Below, piece after piece: positions 28,642 through 37,562 of a stretch of DNA of 64,000 bases (within the stretch, counting starts at the first letter, position 1; every line of letters begins with the position of its first letter). The stretch comes from a virus. Both the position numbers and the translations under genes were made by a program. The notes below the pieces were generated by a model. The model was given only the letters and a program-made list of their open reading frames with translations. It searched no databases and was not told the origin of the DNA. Location: IMG/VR virus record IMGVR_UViG_3300047557_004430. One strand, 5' to 3'.

Positions 28642-28995
28642 ATGACGCAGTTATTTTTATGGATGGTGATGACTTATGGTATCAGTAACATCCTTGTGTA
28701 TGGTAGTATTTTTAATGGACCAAGAAATAAAATAAACAAGTGGGCTTCCGATATCGATACCCCATTAAATGGTTTTTGGGTGTTCTTAGCAGATATGCTT
28801 AAGTGTATGATGTGTACCCCAACTTGGGTTGGATTTTTCTTTGGTATTTTCTTATATTCACCAGTTCACAATATTCTTGAAGTAAGTCCATGGGTATCAT
28901 GGTTCTTTGACGGTATGTTAGCTTCAGGTTCGGTGTGGGCAATAAATTCTATAATCGAGTGGTTCGAAACAAATAGACCACAACAAAACAACTAA
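28642..28995 (+). CDS. Membrane protein (DUF1360-like, CxxC)
   Basis: Three hydrophobic segments; LKCMMCTPTWVG. Confidence 0.55.
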   Translation: MTQLFLWMVMTYGISNILVYGSIFNGPRNKINKWASDIDTPLNGFWVFLADMLKCMMCTPTWVGFFFGIFLYSPVHNILEVSPWVSWFFDGMLASGSVWAINSIIEWFETNRPQQNN

Positions 28996-28996
28996 A

Positions 28997-29179
28997 ATGG
29001 GAACATCAAAAAAAAGAGGTGGTGCTAAAGCACACAGAAAAAGAGTGGCGGCAAGAAACCAAGAGGTCAACGCTCAAAGGTCTGCAATGCAAAAACTCAT
29101 GAATGAGTCTATGAAAATGCAAATCGAAGAACTAAAAAAGAAATACGAAGCTGAGTCAGGGACAACTCAAACACCCTAA
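28997..29179 (+). CDS. Small basic hypothetical protein
   Basis: 60-aa ORF in operon context. Confidence 0.65.
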   Translation: MGTSKKRGGAKAHRKRVAARNQEVNAQRSAMQKLMNESMKMQIEELKKKYEAESGTTQTP

Positions 29180-29183
29180 TAAA

Positions 29184-31562
29184 ATGAAATGGGATTTATT
29201 CAATCCAATACCAGAATTTAATTACACGAAAATGGCAAAGAACTTGGACATTTCAACGTTGGACAATCCATATATCCAAATTATTTGGGAGGACACATCA
29301 GAGAACTTTACTCAAGAGAGAATCAAATCTGTGAAGCAGTATTTCATGAAAAAATATGCTTCAACGAATATTAACGTAATCACCAAAGTAAAAACGACCG
29401 ACGATGTTCAACAGACCATAGATGTTTCAGTTAACATTATGGATAAGAATTATTTGAAGGAACTTATCAAAAATTTCTTGGAGTCCAAAAATCTTGAAAA
29501 ACACTATGAACAAGTTCTGAACATTGACTTAGCGGTTGAAAACAGAATGTTGATTAATGAAGTTGAAGTCACACCATTTAAGAGATGGTACATTAAAAAA
29601 ATTGAGTTCAGTAATTTCCTTTCCTATGGTGAAAACCAAGTGATTGATTTTACTAAATGCGATGGTATTACAGTGGTTGAATCGGACCCACCAAACTTTG
29701 GAGGTAAAACTGTTTTGACGGTAGACCTTCTACTTTTTCTATTTTTCAACACTACATCTAAGACTCAAAAGGCTGAGGAAATCTTTAACAGATTTACAGA
29801 TAAGAATAAAGTCGTCGTGAGAGGGGAAATTGTTATTGACGGTGAGGAATATCTCATAGCACGTCATATTGAAAGAAAGAAAGCGAAATCTGGTGAATGG
29901 AATGTTAAAACTGAACTTGAGTTTTTCAAAAAACTTGGTGACGGTCAGTTACTTAACTTTACTGGTGAACAAAGACGTGAGACAGAAGAATTTATCAAAA
30001 CTTCAATTGGAAATATTGATGACTTTTTGATGACCATTCTTACAACTGCGTCAAACTTAGAGGATTTGTTGGATGCAAAACCAACTGCTCGTGGACAAGT
30101 TCTAAGTAGATTTTTGGGACTTGAATTTCTGAAAAAGAAAGAGGAGAATGGTAAAGAAATATATTCCGAGTTCTCGAAGGGTATGTTGTCTAATGTCTAC
30201 AATACTGAGACATTGAAACAAAACATCAGTGATGCAAAAGAAAACATCACCACCCTATCAAACGAAATTGACGAAGCCAATCGTAAAATAGCTGACGTAG
30301 ATAATAGACTACAAAAGGGTCAGGATTACAAAGACAACTTATTAAAGTCAAAGTATACGGACATTGATAAGGACCTAATCATACTGAACCCAGTTAATCT
30401 TGAGAGGGAAATCAACGATTACAAACAGACCCTACAAAATATTCAAAGACAAATCAATGATGTAAAAATCGTTGAACCCAAAGAGTTTTATCATGAGGAC
30501 AAACATGATGCTGTTAAAGACAAATTAAAATCCGTCAATGGTGAATTAGTTTTAGCAGAAAACAAGGTTGAGGAAATACAAGAATTGGTTGAAAAGTATG
30601 GTGACGGAATCCAATGTGAACACTGTGGTATCAAGTTAATGGAGGCTGAGTTAACAAAGAAAAAGATTGAACAACTTGATGCATACAAGAAAATGGTTAA
30701 GGAGTTCGAAAAAGAAATTAAGACGCTTGAGAAGAAAGAAGAATCATTCACTCAACTTAAAAAAGATTTTGATGAGTACGAAAAAAACAAACTCATCAAG
30801 GAAAAATATGAGATTTCTCTTGAATCCAACACAATCAAACTTGGTCAATCAGAAGAGAAATTAAAAAGATATCAAGATGTTCAAGACAAGATTAAAAAGA
30901 ACAACGATATCGATGCTCAGTTGATTAAAGCAAATATGAGAATTGATGACCTCATTTCCGAAAAAAGGGGTTATGAAAGAACACTTACATCAAATCAGGT
31001 TCAAATCAAAACCTTGGAAAATCAAATTGAAACTAACCATGATTTGATTGGAAGAATCGCTGAAGAATTTGAAAGAGAAAAAATCTATAAGATATATTTG
31101 GAGGTATTCGGTAAGAATGGAATTTCCAAAATCATCATGAAAACTATGATGCCATTAATCAATCAAGAACTCCAAAGATTACTGATGGATTCATGTTATT
31201 TCAACTTAGAAATCAGAATCAACGACAAAAATGAGGTTGAGTTTATGATGATTGATAATTCTACGGGTATAGAAAAATTGATGACTTCAGGTTCGGGGTA
31301 CGAGAGAACTATCGCAGCAATGGCTTTGAGAGCAGTTCTTTCTAAAGTATGTTCATTACCAAAACCAAACATTATAGTTTGGGATGAGGTGTTCGGAAAA
31401 ATTTCTAACGACAACTTGGAGATGGTAGGTGAATTCTTCTCAAAAATGAGAGAGTACTTTGAAAAGATATTTGTAATCACACACAACCCATTGGTAAACA
31501 ACTGGGCTAATAACGTGGTCAGAATCACCAAAACAGACAATATCTCAAGAGTAAGTCAATAG
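29184..31562 (+). CDS. sbcC: SbcC/Rad50/gp46-like SMC ATPase
   Basis: KIEFSNFLSYG, NFGGKT, central coiled coil with CEHC zinc hook, SGSGYE, IVWDEVFG, VITH. Confidence 0.9.
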   Translation: MKWDLFNPIPEFNYTKMAKNLDISTLDNPYIQIIWEDTSENFTQERIKSVKQYFMKKYASTNINVITKVKTTDDVQQTIDVSVNIMDKNYLKELIKNFLESKNLEKHYEQVLNIDLAVENRMLINEVEVTPFKRWYIKKIEFSNFLSYGENQVIDFTKCDGITVVESDPPNFGGKTVLTVDLLLFLFFNTTSKTQKAEEIFNRFTDKNKVVVRGEIVIDGEEYLIARHIERKKAKSGEWNVKTELEFFKKLGDGQLLNFTGEQRRETEEFIKTSIGNIDDFLMTILTTASNLEDLLDAKPTARGQVLSRFLGLEFLKKKEENGKEIYSEFSKGMLSNVYNTETLKQNISDAKENITTLSNEIDEANRKIADVDNRLQKGQDYKDNLLKSKYTDIDKDLIILNPVNLEREINDYKQTLQNIQRQINDVKIVEPKEFYHEDKHDAVKDKLKSVNGELVLAENKVEEIQELVEKYGDGIQCEHCGIKLMEAELTKKKIEQLDAYKKMVKEFEKEIKTLEKKEESFTQLKKDFDEYEKNKLIKEKYEISLESNTIKLGQSEEKLKRYQDVQDKIKKNNDIDAQLIKANMRIDDLISEKRGYERTLTSNQVQIKTLENQIETNHDLIGRIAEEFEREKIYKIYLEVFGKNGISKIIMKTMMPLINQELQRLLMDSCYFNLEIRINDKNEVEFMMIDNSTGIEKLMTSGSGYERTIAAMALRAVLSKVCSLPKPNIIVWDEVFGKISNDNLEMVGEFFSKMREYFEKIFVITHNPLVNNWANNVVRITKTDNISRVSQ

Positions 31563-31565
31563 AAA

Positions 31566-31597
31566 TTTGTTTTCAGAGGGATTGTTTACTATATTTG
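31566..31597 (+). promoter_or_regulatory. Bacteroidota sigma70 promoter TTTG-N20-TATATTTG
   Basis: TTTG at 31566-69, TATATTTG at 31590-97, ATG at 31602. Confidence 0.7.
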
Positions 31598-31601
31598 CTC
31601 C

Positions 31602-32078
31602 ATGCAAATTTTTCTTCCTTATTCTGATATGAGAAAGTCCCTTCAAACTCTCGATAACAAAAGGTTAGGGAAACAACGTGTTGAGACTTATCAAATCATA
31701 TCTGCAATTACTCGTAGACCAAAATTAGATGGAACACCCTACAAAGGGTGGTTAAACCATCCTTGCACAGTGATGTGGAGAGATTACGTTCCCGCACTCA
31801 AACTTTACATGAATTACGCAATTGCGGAATGGATTGTACGTGGATTTAAAAACACAATGGATTTTGAACAATATATCGAAGACCAAGTAGTATTACCACC
31901 TTTCATCGGTAATGAAAGATTTCATTCATCACACAGAGCAAACTTATTAAAAAAAGAACCTGAATTTTATCAGAAATACGGATGGACAGAAAATCCTACA
32001 GACCCATATGTATGGATGGATGCTGAAGGAAAATGGTATGAACAACATTCAGGAAAAATTGGGAGGGTATATCTATGA
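31602..32078 (+). CDS. Pyrimidine-dimer DNA glycosylase-like (MSMEG_6728/DenV-related)
   Basis: MQIFLPY..LDNKRLGKQRVETYQI, NHP..MW, HSSHRANLL. Confidence 0.75.
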   Translation: MQIFLPYSDMRKSLQTLDNKRLGKQRVETYQIISAITRRPKLDGTPYKGWLNHPCTVMWRDYVPALKLYMNYAIAEWIVRGFKNTMDFEQYIEDQVVLPPFIGNERFHSSHRANLLKKEPEFYQKYGWTENPTDPYVWMDAEGKWYEQHSGKIGRVYL

Positions 32079-32614
32079 AACATTTAACATTCAAAAAAGG
32101 TGGTGTTGAACACACACCAATCAAAGTTTGGAAAACAGATTCTGTTACCGAAGTGGCAATCTATCAAGGAAATCGTGGTGAAAACCCCGAACTTGATTTT
32201 GTGGTTAAGTACAAGGAAGAAGGTAAAAGACTCCGAACTCCGTCTCATACACATTGGATTGTTGACCTACTGGTCAAAGGTTCAAAGGGGACTGTTCACA
32301 AATCAACTAATCTTTTGAATTACGTAAATGACCTTATTAAAATTTATGATGAGTCCGTTAGATTCCAATCACATGAAGAAAGAATAAAGTATGAGTTGAA
32401 ATACCCCAAACTGATGGTCTCCAAACACTCAAATTTACAAGGTGAAGGATACTACAGTATTGAAACTTTGACTGCCTTTGTTGAGCTCTTTTCTAAGTGT
32501 GAAAAACAATCTGACGAAGCATTTATGTTCCGTAGCTTACTTAGTTTAGTAAAAGAGTATTGTGAAGGAAAAAAAGATTTTTACCAAATAGTTGGGTTAT
32601 CAAAAAGAGTTTAA
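32075..32614 (+). CDS. Hypothetical protein
   Basis: 179-aa ORF in operon. Confidence 0.65.
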   Translation: MKHLTFKKGGVEHTPIKVWKTDSVTEVAIYQGNRGENPELDFVVKYKEEGKRLRTPSHTHWIVDLLVKGSKGTVHKSTNLLNYVNDLIKIYDESVRFQSHEERIKYELKYPKLMVSKHSNLQGEGYYSIETLTAFVELFSKCEKQSDEAFMFRSLLSLVKEYCEGKKDFYQIVGLSKRV

Positions 32615-32616
32615 CC

Positions 32617-32624
32617 TATATTTG
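32617..32624 (+). promoter_or_regulatory. Bacteroidota-type -7 box TATATTTG
   Basis: Upstream of ATG 32639. Confidence 0.5.
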
Positions 32625-32638
32625 TATCAAATAAACTT

Positions 32639-33163
32639 ATGAGAAATTATATTTTAACAGTATTCGGAAACTTTGAATCTGAGAAGGAATGCCAAGAAAT
32701 GGCAATTTCATTAACACCAATAGTTGATTCACCTAATCTCAAGTTTCAACATACCAAAGGAACGCTAATCTTCCATTTCGCAACAGAGGTTTCCAAAGAG
32801 GAGATATATGATTACGTAGGTGGTATTCTTTTTGGCGTTACTGAGGCTTACATCTTAACGGAGTTGAATGATAAGGTTACCTTTTCAATGCCAAAGGATA
32901 TAAAAGACCATCTTTTAGATTTGGAAAACCAGACAGAGGATGTTGAAATGTTTATTGATATGAGATTAGAAAAAAACAATCTCAGAATTAATGAAGATGA
33001 AGAAGAGGATGATGATTTTGTTGCTTTGTTATTGGATGAGGTAAAAAGAAAAGTAAAAAAACCATCACTCGACCAACTTTTAGATAAACTGAATAGTAAA
33101 GGCATTGAGTCACTTACCAAATTTGAAAAAGAAACTTTAGACGAATATTCAAAAAATTTATGA
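32639..33163 (+). CDS. Hypothetical protein with C-terminal DUF6576-like helix motif
   Basis: LDQLLDKLNSKGIESLTKFEKETL. Confidence 0.55.
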   Translation: MRNYILTVFGNFESEKECQEMAISLTPIVDSPNLKFQHTKGTLIFHFATEVSKEEIYDYVGGILFGVTEAYILTELNDKVTFSMPKDIKDHLLDLENQTEDVEMFIDMRLEKNNLRINEDEEEDDDFVALLLDEVKRKVKKPSLDQLLDKLNSKGIESLTKFEKETLDEYSKNL

Positions 33164-33567
33164 TTAGAGGAATAACCGCAGGAACTTTTGATTTACTTCA
33201 CACGGGTCACATACTGATGTTAAAAGAAGCTAAGGAACAGTGTGATTATTTGATATGTGCATTACATGTTGACCCATCAATCGAACGCGAATCCAAAAAC
33301 AAGCCAATCCAAACTGTATATGAGAGATACATACAATTGAGAGCTGTTTCATATGTTGATGAGATAATTCCCTATGAAACAGAGGAAGAGTTGGAAACGA
33401 TTCTCCAAACTGAAAATATTGATGTTAGGATAATTGGGGAAGATTATCTCGGAAAATACTTTACAGGTCATTATCTTTATGAATCTGGAAAGATGGAACT
33501 CCATTATAATAAAAGAGCCCATAACTATAGCTCAACGGAACTTAGAAACAGAATAAAACAATCTTAA
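33160..33567 (+). CDS. Cytidylyltransferase-family nucleotidyltransferase (TagD/HldC-like)
   Basis: GTFDLLHTGH (HxGH), YERY, VDEIIPYETE, YSSTELRNRI. Confidence 0.85.
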   Translation: MIRGITAGTFDLLHTGHILMLKEAKEQCDYLICALHVDPSIERESKNKPIQTVYERYIQLRAVSYVDEIIPYETEEELETILQTENIDVRIIGEDYLGKYFTGHYLYESGKMELHYNKRAHNYSSTELRNRIKQS

Positions 33568-33568
33568 T

Positions 33569-34366
33569 ATGAAACAAAAAAGTGTAATTCCAATCAATCA
33601 AGAGGAGATTAGTGTTTACCTTAAAGATGTGAGGAAACTTAAAGTTATGACTCCTGAGAGGGAAAGGGTACTCGCGGAAAAAATGTTATCAGGAAAAATC
33701 TCACTTAAAGAAAAAGAAGAGATTAAAAAGGAAATACTTGAGGGTAATCTTAGATTTGTTATCACCGTATCTAAACAATATCAAAACCAAGGACTTGATT
33801 TACCCGATTTGATTGCTGAGGGAAACTACGGGTTAATGAAGGCAATCGAAAATTTTGATTGGTCCAAGAAATTAAGATTTATCTCCTACGCTGTTTGGTG
33901 GATTAGACAATCAATCCTACAATCTTTAAATGAAAATGCAAGAACTATTAGACTCCCCGTTAACGTAGTTCAAGAATTACATAAAGCGAAAAAAGAGCTT
34001 GATGCTAACGGTACAGAGTTACCTGAAAAGTTTGTTAATCTCCCAAGTATGGTTAATTTGGACAATCCATTTAATGAAGAAGGGGATACTTTATTGGATG
34101 TAGTTCCTAATCCAAACGCTGAATCGGCAGACGCAGGGTTATCTTCTGATGAAACTTTGAAAGACAAACTTCTTGCGATATTGGATGTGTTAGACGAAAG
34201 AGAAAAAACAATTATTCAAGATTATTTTGGACTATCTGGTTCGACAAGAACTTTGGAAGATATTGGTAATGATTTTGATTTAACCAAAGAAAGGGTTAGA
34301 CAAATAAAAGAAAAGGCTTTACGTAAATTACGAAACGAAACTGGTTCGTTGTTCGACTACCTGTAA
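33569..34366 (+). CDS. rpoD: RNA polymerase sigma70 factor, Bacteroidota RpoD/SigA type (no region 1.1)
   Basis: NLRFVITVSKQYQNQG, DLIAEGNYGL, FISYAVWWIRQSI, TLEDIG..LTKERVRQIKEKALRKLR. Confidence 0.9.
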   Translation: MKQKSVIPINQEEISVYLKDVRKLKVMTPERERVLAEKMLSGKISLKEKEEIKKEILEGNLRFVITVSKQYQNQGLDLPDLIAEGNYGLMKAIENFDWSKKLRFISYAVWWIRQSILQSLNENARTIRLPVNVVQELHKAKKELDANGTELPEKFVNLPSMVNLDNPFNEEGDTLLDVVPNPNAESADAGLSSDETLKDKLLAILDVLDEREKTIIQDYFGLSGSTRTLEDIGNDFDLTKERVRQIKEKALRKLRNETGSLFDYL

Positions 34367-34375
34367 TTAAAGACT

Positions 34376-34404
34376 AAAGGGTGTATTTATTAGATACACC
34401 TTTT
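34376..34404 (+). terminator. Hairpin/terminator after the sigma gene, overlapping a TATTTAT motif
   Basis: AAAGGGTGTAT-ttattag-ATACACCTTTT; TATTTAT at 34384-34390. Confidence 0.55.
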
Positions 34405-34445
34405 ATATTTTTTATAATTCGGTGTTGTATTAAAATTATAAAACT

Positions 34446-34727
34446 ATGAAAAAATTTTTAGAGAATAATTTCACAATTATTGTTCTTGTAATCGCAATTT
34501 TGAGTTTTTTCAAAAGTTGTGGAGACTCAAGAGATATTGCTAAAATCAAAACAGAGATAAAAGCAATCAAAGATTCAACTTACACAAAGACTGAGTTGGA
34601 TAGAGAACTTAAGATTTCAGGTCTTGAAGCTGAAAAAAGAATGATTCAGGCTACAGATAGAAAATTGTTGGACGTTAGAAGACAAACTGAAATTGAAGAG
34701 GAGATAAAAAGACTAAACAAAAAATAA
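34446..34727 (+). CDS. Membrane-anchored or lipoprotein coiled-coil protein (spanin-like?)
   Basis: N-terminal hydrophobic helix ending FFKSC, followed by a coiled coil. Confidence 0.5.
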   Translation: MKKFLENNFTIIVLVIAILSFFKSCGDSRDIAKIKTEIKAIKDSTYTKTELDRELKISGLEAEKRMIQATDRKLLDVRRQTEIEEEIKRLNKK

Positions 34728-34728
34728 T

Positions 34729-35457
34729 ATGTCTTGGTTTCAAAAAAACTTTAGGACTTTGATTTATGTGGCATTTCTTGTGCCAATTATCACGGTTGCT
34801 ATCGTTTCTATATCACACGTTACCAAATGGTATGGTATTTCAAATCCTTTGAGTTGGTCAATATACCTTTCAGTAGGAGTTGAAATTGCTGCTCTATCCG
34901 CTTTAGCGGCAATCGCAGCACAAATGGGTAAAAAAGTATACTTTCCATTTATTATTGTAACATTAATTCAATTTATTGGTAACATATTTTTTGCTTATCA
35001 ATATATTGATATGAATAGTCAAACATTCAAAGATTGGGTTGATATGGTAGACCCTGTTGTCCAATTTTTGGGTGTTGAAAGTGGTGACTTAATTGGTCAC
35101 AAAAGATTTTTAGCGTTATTTGCTGGAGGTATGTTACCTATAATTTCATTGTCTTTCCTTCACATGTTGGTAAAATTTGAAGAAGAGGAAAAAAAGAAAT
35201 TACCAGTACAAGACTTGGAAATAGATATTGAAAAGTTGAGTACTGAAGCGGGTAAGTTAGAGGCTGAAGTTGAAAAATCAAAATACACTCCTTCACCCGA
35301 AGAGTTAGAGAAATTAGAAGAAGAATTAAGAAAATTAAATGAGAAAAAATTCGGAACTCTTCAAGAAGAACAACCATTACCTGAACCAATTTTAGTGGAG
35401 GAAGTTAAACCTTCACCAATAAAAAAAGTTTTAAGCTATTTGAGAAGGGATGCTTGA
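34729..35457 (+). CDS. Four-TM membrane protein with acidic coiled-coil tail
   Basis: Hydrophobic segments; precedes an amidase homolog (holin-like position). Confidence 0.6.
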   Translation: MSWFQKNFRTLIYVAFLVPIITVAIVSISHVTKWYGISNPLSWSIYLSVGVEIAALSALAAIAAQMGKKVYFPFIIVTLIQFIGNIFFAYQYIDMNSQTFKDWVDMVDPVVQFLGVESGDLIGHKRFLALFAGGMLPIISLSFLHMLVKFEEEEKKKLPVQDLEIDIEKLSTEAGKLEAEVEKSKYTPSPEELEKLEEELRKLNEKKFGTLQEEQPLPEPILVEEVKPSPIKKVLSYLRRDA

Positions 35458-36061
35458 TATCAAAAAATACGGAACTTTCAAACCGAAAGGTAAACAAAAG
35501 AAAAAAACACAAATCATTTTATCTCATACATCAAGGGAGGTCGAGCAATACTTGGCCTCCCTTAAATTTAGATATAATGGTAGTTTTGACCGCATACCAA
35601 ACTTCATTATAACTAGGAAGGGTGAAATACTTCAACTTATACCCGAAAACCACTACAGCAATTTTTTTACCAACGAAACGGTTAATCAAAACTCAGTTTT
35701 CATTTCTTTGGAGAATCTAGGGTGGCTCGAGAAGAAACCTTTATCTAATTATTATATTAACTGGATTGGGAGTATTTATAAGGGAGAAGTTTATGAAAAG
35801 AAATGGAGAGATTTCTTTTTTTGGCAACCATACACTCAAGAACAAGTTCAATCACTTGTTGAGTTGTGTTTCCAATTAACAGACACTCTTCAAATTGAAA
35901 GAAGGTCAATAGGTCATAATACTAAAATTGATGGTATTACAAAATGGAATGGTATAATTTCAAGAAGTAATATCGATAGTAGATACACTGATTTGAACCC
36001 TTCATTTAATTTCGAAAACTTCACAAAATTTTTTGAAAATGAACAACAATATGCTGAATGA
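35450..36061 (+). CDS. Amidase_2-fold protein, probably catalytically degenerate
   Basis: IILSHTS, FIITRKGEILQLIP, NSVFISLEN, YTQEQVQSLVELC, TDLNPSFNF. Confidence 0.7.
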   Translation: MLDIKKYGTFKPKGKQKKKTQIILSHTSREVEQYLASLKFRYNGSFDRIPNFIITRKGEILQLIPENHYSNFFTNETVNQNSVFISLENLGWLEKKPLSNYYINWIGSIYKGEVYEKKWRDFFFWQPYTQEQVQSLVELCFQLTDTLQIERRSIGHNTKIDGITKWNGIISRSNIDSRYTDLNPSFNFENFTKFFENEQQYAE

Positions 36062-36614
36062 AAGATATGATGAGATTAAAAGTCTCCTAAGAAAATCAAG
36101 AATGCTCGTAGAGCAGGATACACAAATAAACGTAGCCAAAGACCTTGAAAAGAGAGTTTCACAGGACAACGAATATGAAACTGCCGTTTCAGATATCGAA
36201 CAAGGTGAGGAACCAACTCAACAGGATAAAGTACAGAAGTATAGAATTTCGGGAGGTATTTTAGCCCTACACGGAAAAGACAAGTCTGATTTAGATATAA
36301 CAACTGACGATAAGGTTGCGTTCCAAGAAACGATGGACGAATTCGTTGAAGAGGTTTCTGACTTAGTAGATTTCAACGTCTTGAATGTATATCCTAACAA
36401 CGTAGAATGGTCGGGTAAAGTTATTGACGAAGATTTGGAATTCATTTTCACAATTGGTGAGGATAGTGGAATATACATCAACGGACAGATGGTTAAGGTT
36501 GACCAAGAATTTTTGGACATGATTAATAAACTTCAACAATTTTACCAAAAGTTTAAATCCAAGTGGGGTAAGGTTTTGGCAAGTAGAAAGAAGACAAAAG
36601 AATCACCAATGTAA
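36051..36614 (+). CDS. Hypothetical protein (possible head-associated)
   Basis: Tracked ORF; ATG 36051 or 36039 preferred over TTG 36033. Confidence 0.6.
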   Translation: MLNERYDEIKSLLRKSRMLVEQDTQINVAKDLEKRVSQDNEYETAVSDIEQGEEPTQQDKVQKYRISGGILALHGKDKSDLDITTDDKVAFQETMDEFVEEVSDLVDFNVLNVYPNNVEWSGKVIDEDLEFIFTIGEDSGIYINGQMVKVDQEFLDMINKLQQFYQKFKSKWGKVLASRKKTKESPM

Positions 36615-36615
36615 T

Positions 36616-36978
36616 ATGATAACAAAGATTTTAGACTTTTTGAAATCCAACTATAAAACAATCCTTAAAGTAATTTTTGGTTTGTTTTTGTTGTATTATA
36701 TAATTTTTTTCCTCACTCCTTCTGTGAAGATAGGTGTTGAACAAAAAAAACAATTGGACTCATTGAATGTCTTGGTTAAACAACTTCATGAGGACAACAT
36801 AAAACTTGAGAATAAAATTTCTGATTTCAACAGTGAGATTGAGCAGGTAGACAAAAATATACAAGGGATAAAGGGTCAGAAAACAATTATAAAAGAAATT
36901 TATCATGAAAAAATTAGTACTGTTGATAAGCTTACTGTTGCTGAAATCGATAGCTTTTTCGCAAACAGATACAAGTAA
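36616..36978 (+). CDS. N-terminal TM + coiled-coil protein (i-spanin-like)
   Basis: TM followed by heptad-rich region; overlaps next gene by 74 nt. Confidence 0.5.
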   Translation: MITKILDFLKSNYKTILKVIFGLFLLYYIIFFLTPSVKIGVEQKKQLDSLNVLVKQLHEDNIKLENKISDFNSEIEQVDKNIQGIKGQKTIIKEIYHEKISTVDKLTVAEIDSFFANRYK

Positions 36979-37315
36979 AGCTGAAAAAACCTTTCCAATA
37001 TCTACGGTCAGATTAATCATGAAAGATTTGATTAGTGGTGATTCAGCTAAAGCTCAACTTAAATTGACGGAAGCAGAGGTGAAAGAATTAGAGAAAAAAG
37101 TAGTCCTTAAGGATAGTATAATAACAACTCTCAGAATCAAAGAAACTAATTACGTAGGTATAATTGATTCTGAAAAACAAAAATTTCAAATTGTTCAGGA
37201 TTATTCAAAAAAACTTGAATTTGATTTGAAGAAAGAAAAGGTGAAAAATAAATTTAAATCCATAGTAGGAACTGGGATTATAGTTGCCCTGTCCTTCTTT
37301 TTAATAACAAAGTAA
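36905..37315 (+). CDS. Signal peptide + coiled coil + C-terminal TM protein (spanin partner-like)
   Basis: MKKLVLLISLLLLKSIAFSQ; C-terminal IVGTGIIVALSFFLITK. Confidence 0.5.
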   Translation: MKKLVLLISLLLLKSIAFSQTDTSKAEKTFPISTVRLIMKDLISGDSAKAQLKLTEAEVKELEKKVVLKDSIITTLRIKETNYVGIIDSEKQKFQIVQDYSKKLEFDLKKEKVKNKFKSIVGTGIIVALSFFLITK

Positions 37316-37560
37316 TGGCTCTTACAAATTCAGAAGTTAAAGAAATCGAAGTAATGGTCCGTAAGGAAATAAGAAACTTTATGGAAAACAATACTGTGAG
37401 ACAGTTTGAAGATAAACTTATGGATAAAATTCAAAAGGAAATTAAAAGGGGTAAATTAGAAGGAGACATAAAAGACATAACTCTAAGAATGTTCCGTGAA
37501 TTCTATCAATTCATGTGGATGAACAGAAGTTATTGGGAACCAAGATTGAAAAACGCATAA
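37315..37560 (+). CDS. Hypothetical protein
   Basis: 81-aa ORF in operon. Confidence 0.65.
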   Translation: MALTNSEVKEIEVMVRKEIRNFMENNTVRQFEDKLMDKIQKEIKRGKLEGDIKDITLRMFREFYQFMWMNRSYWEPRLKNA

Positions 37561-37562
37561 GG

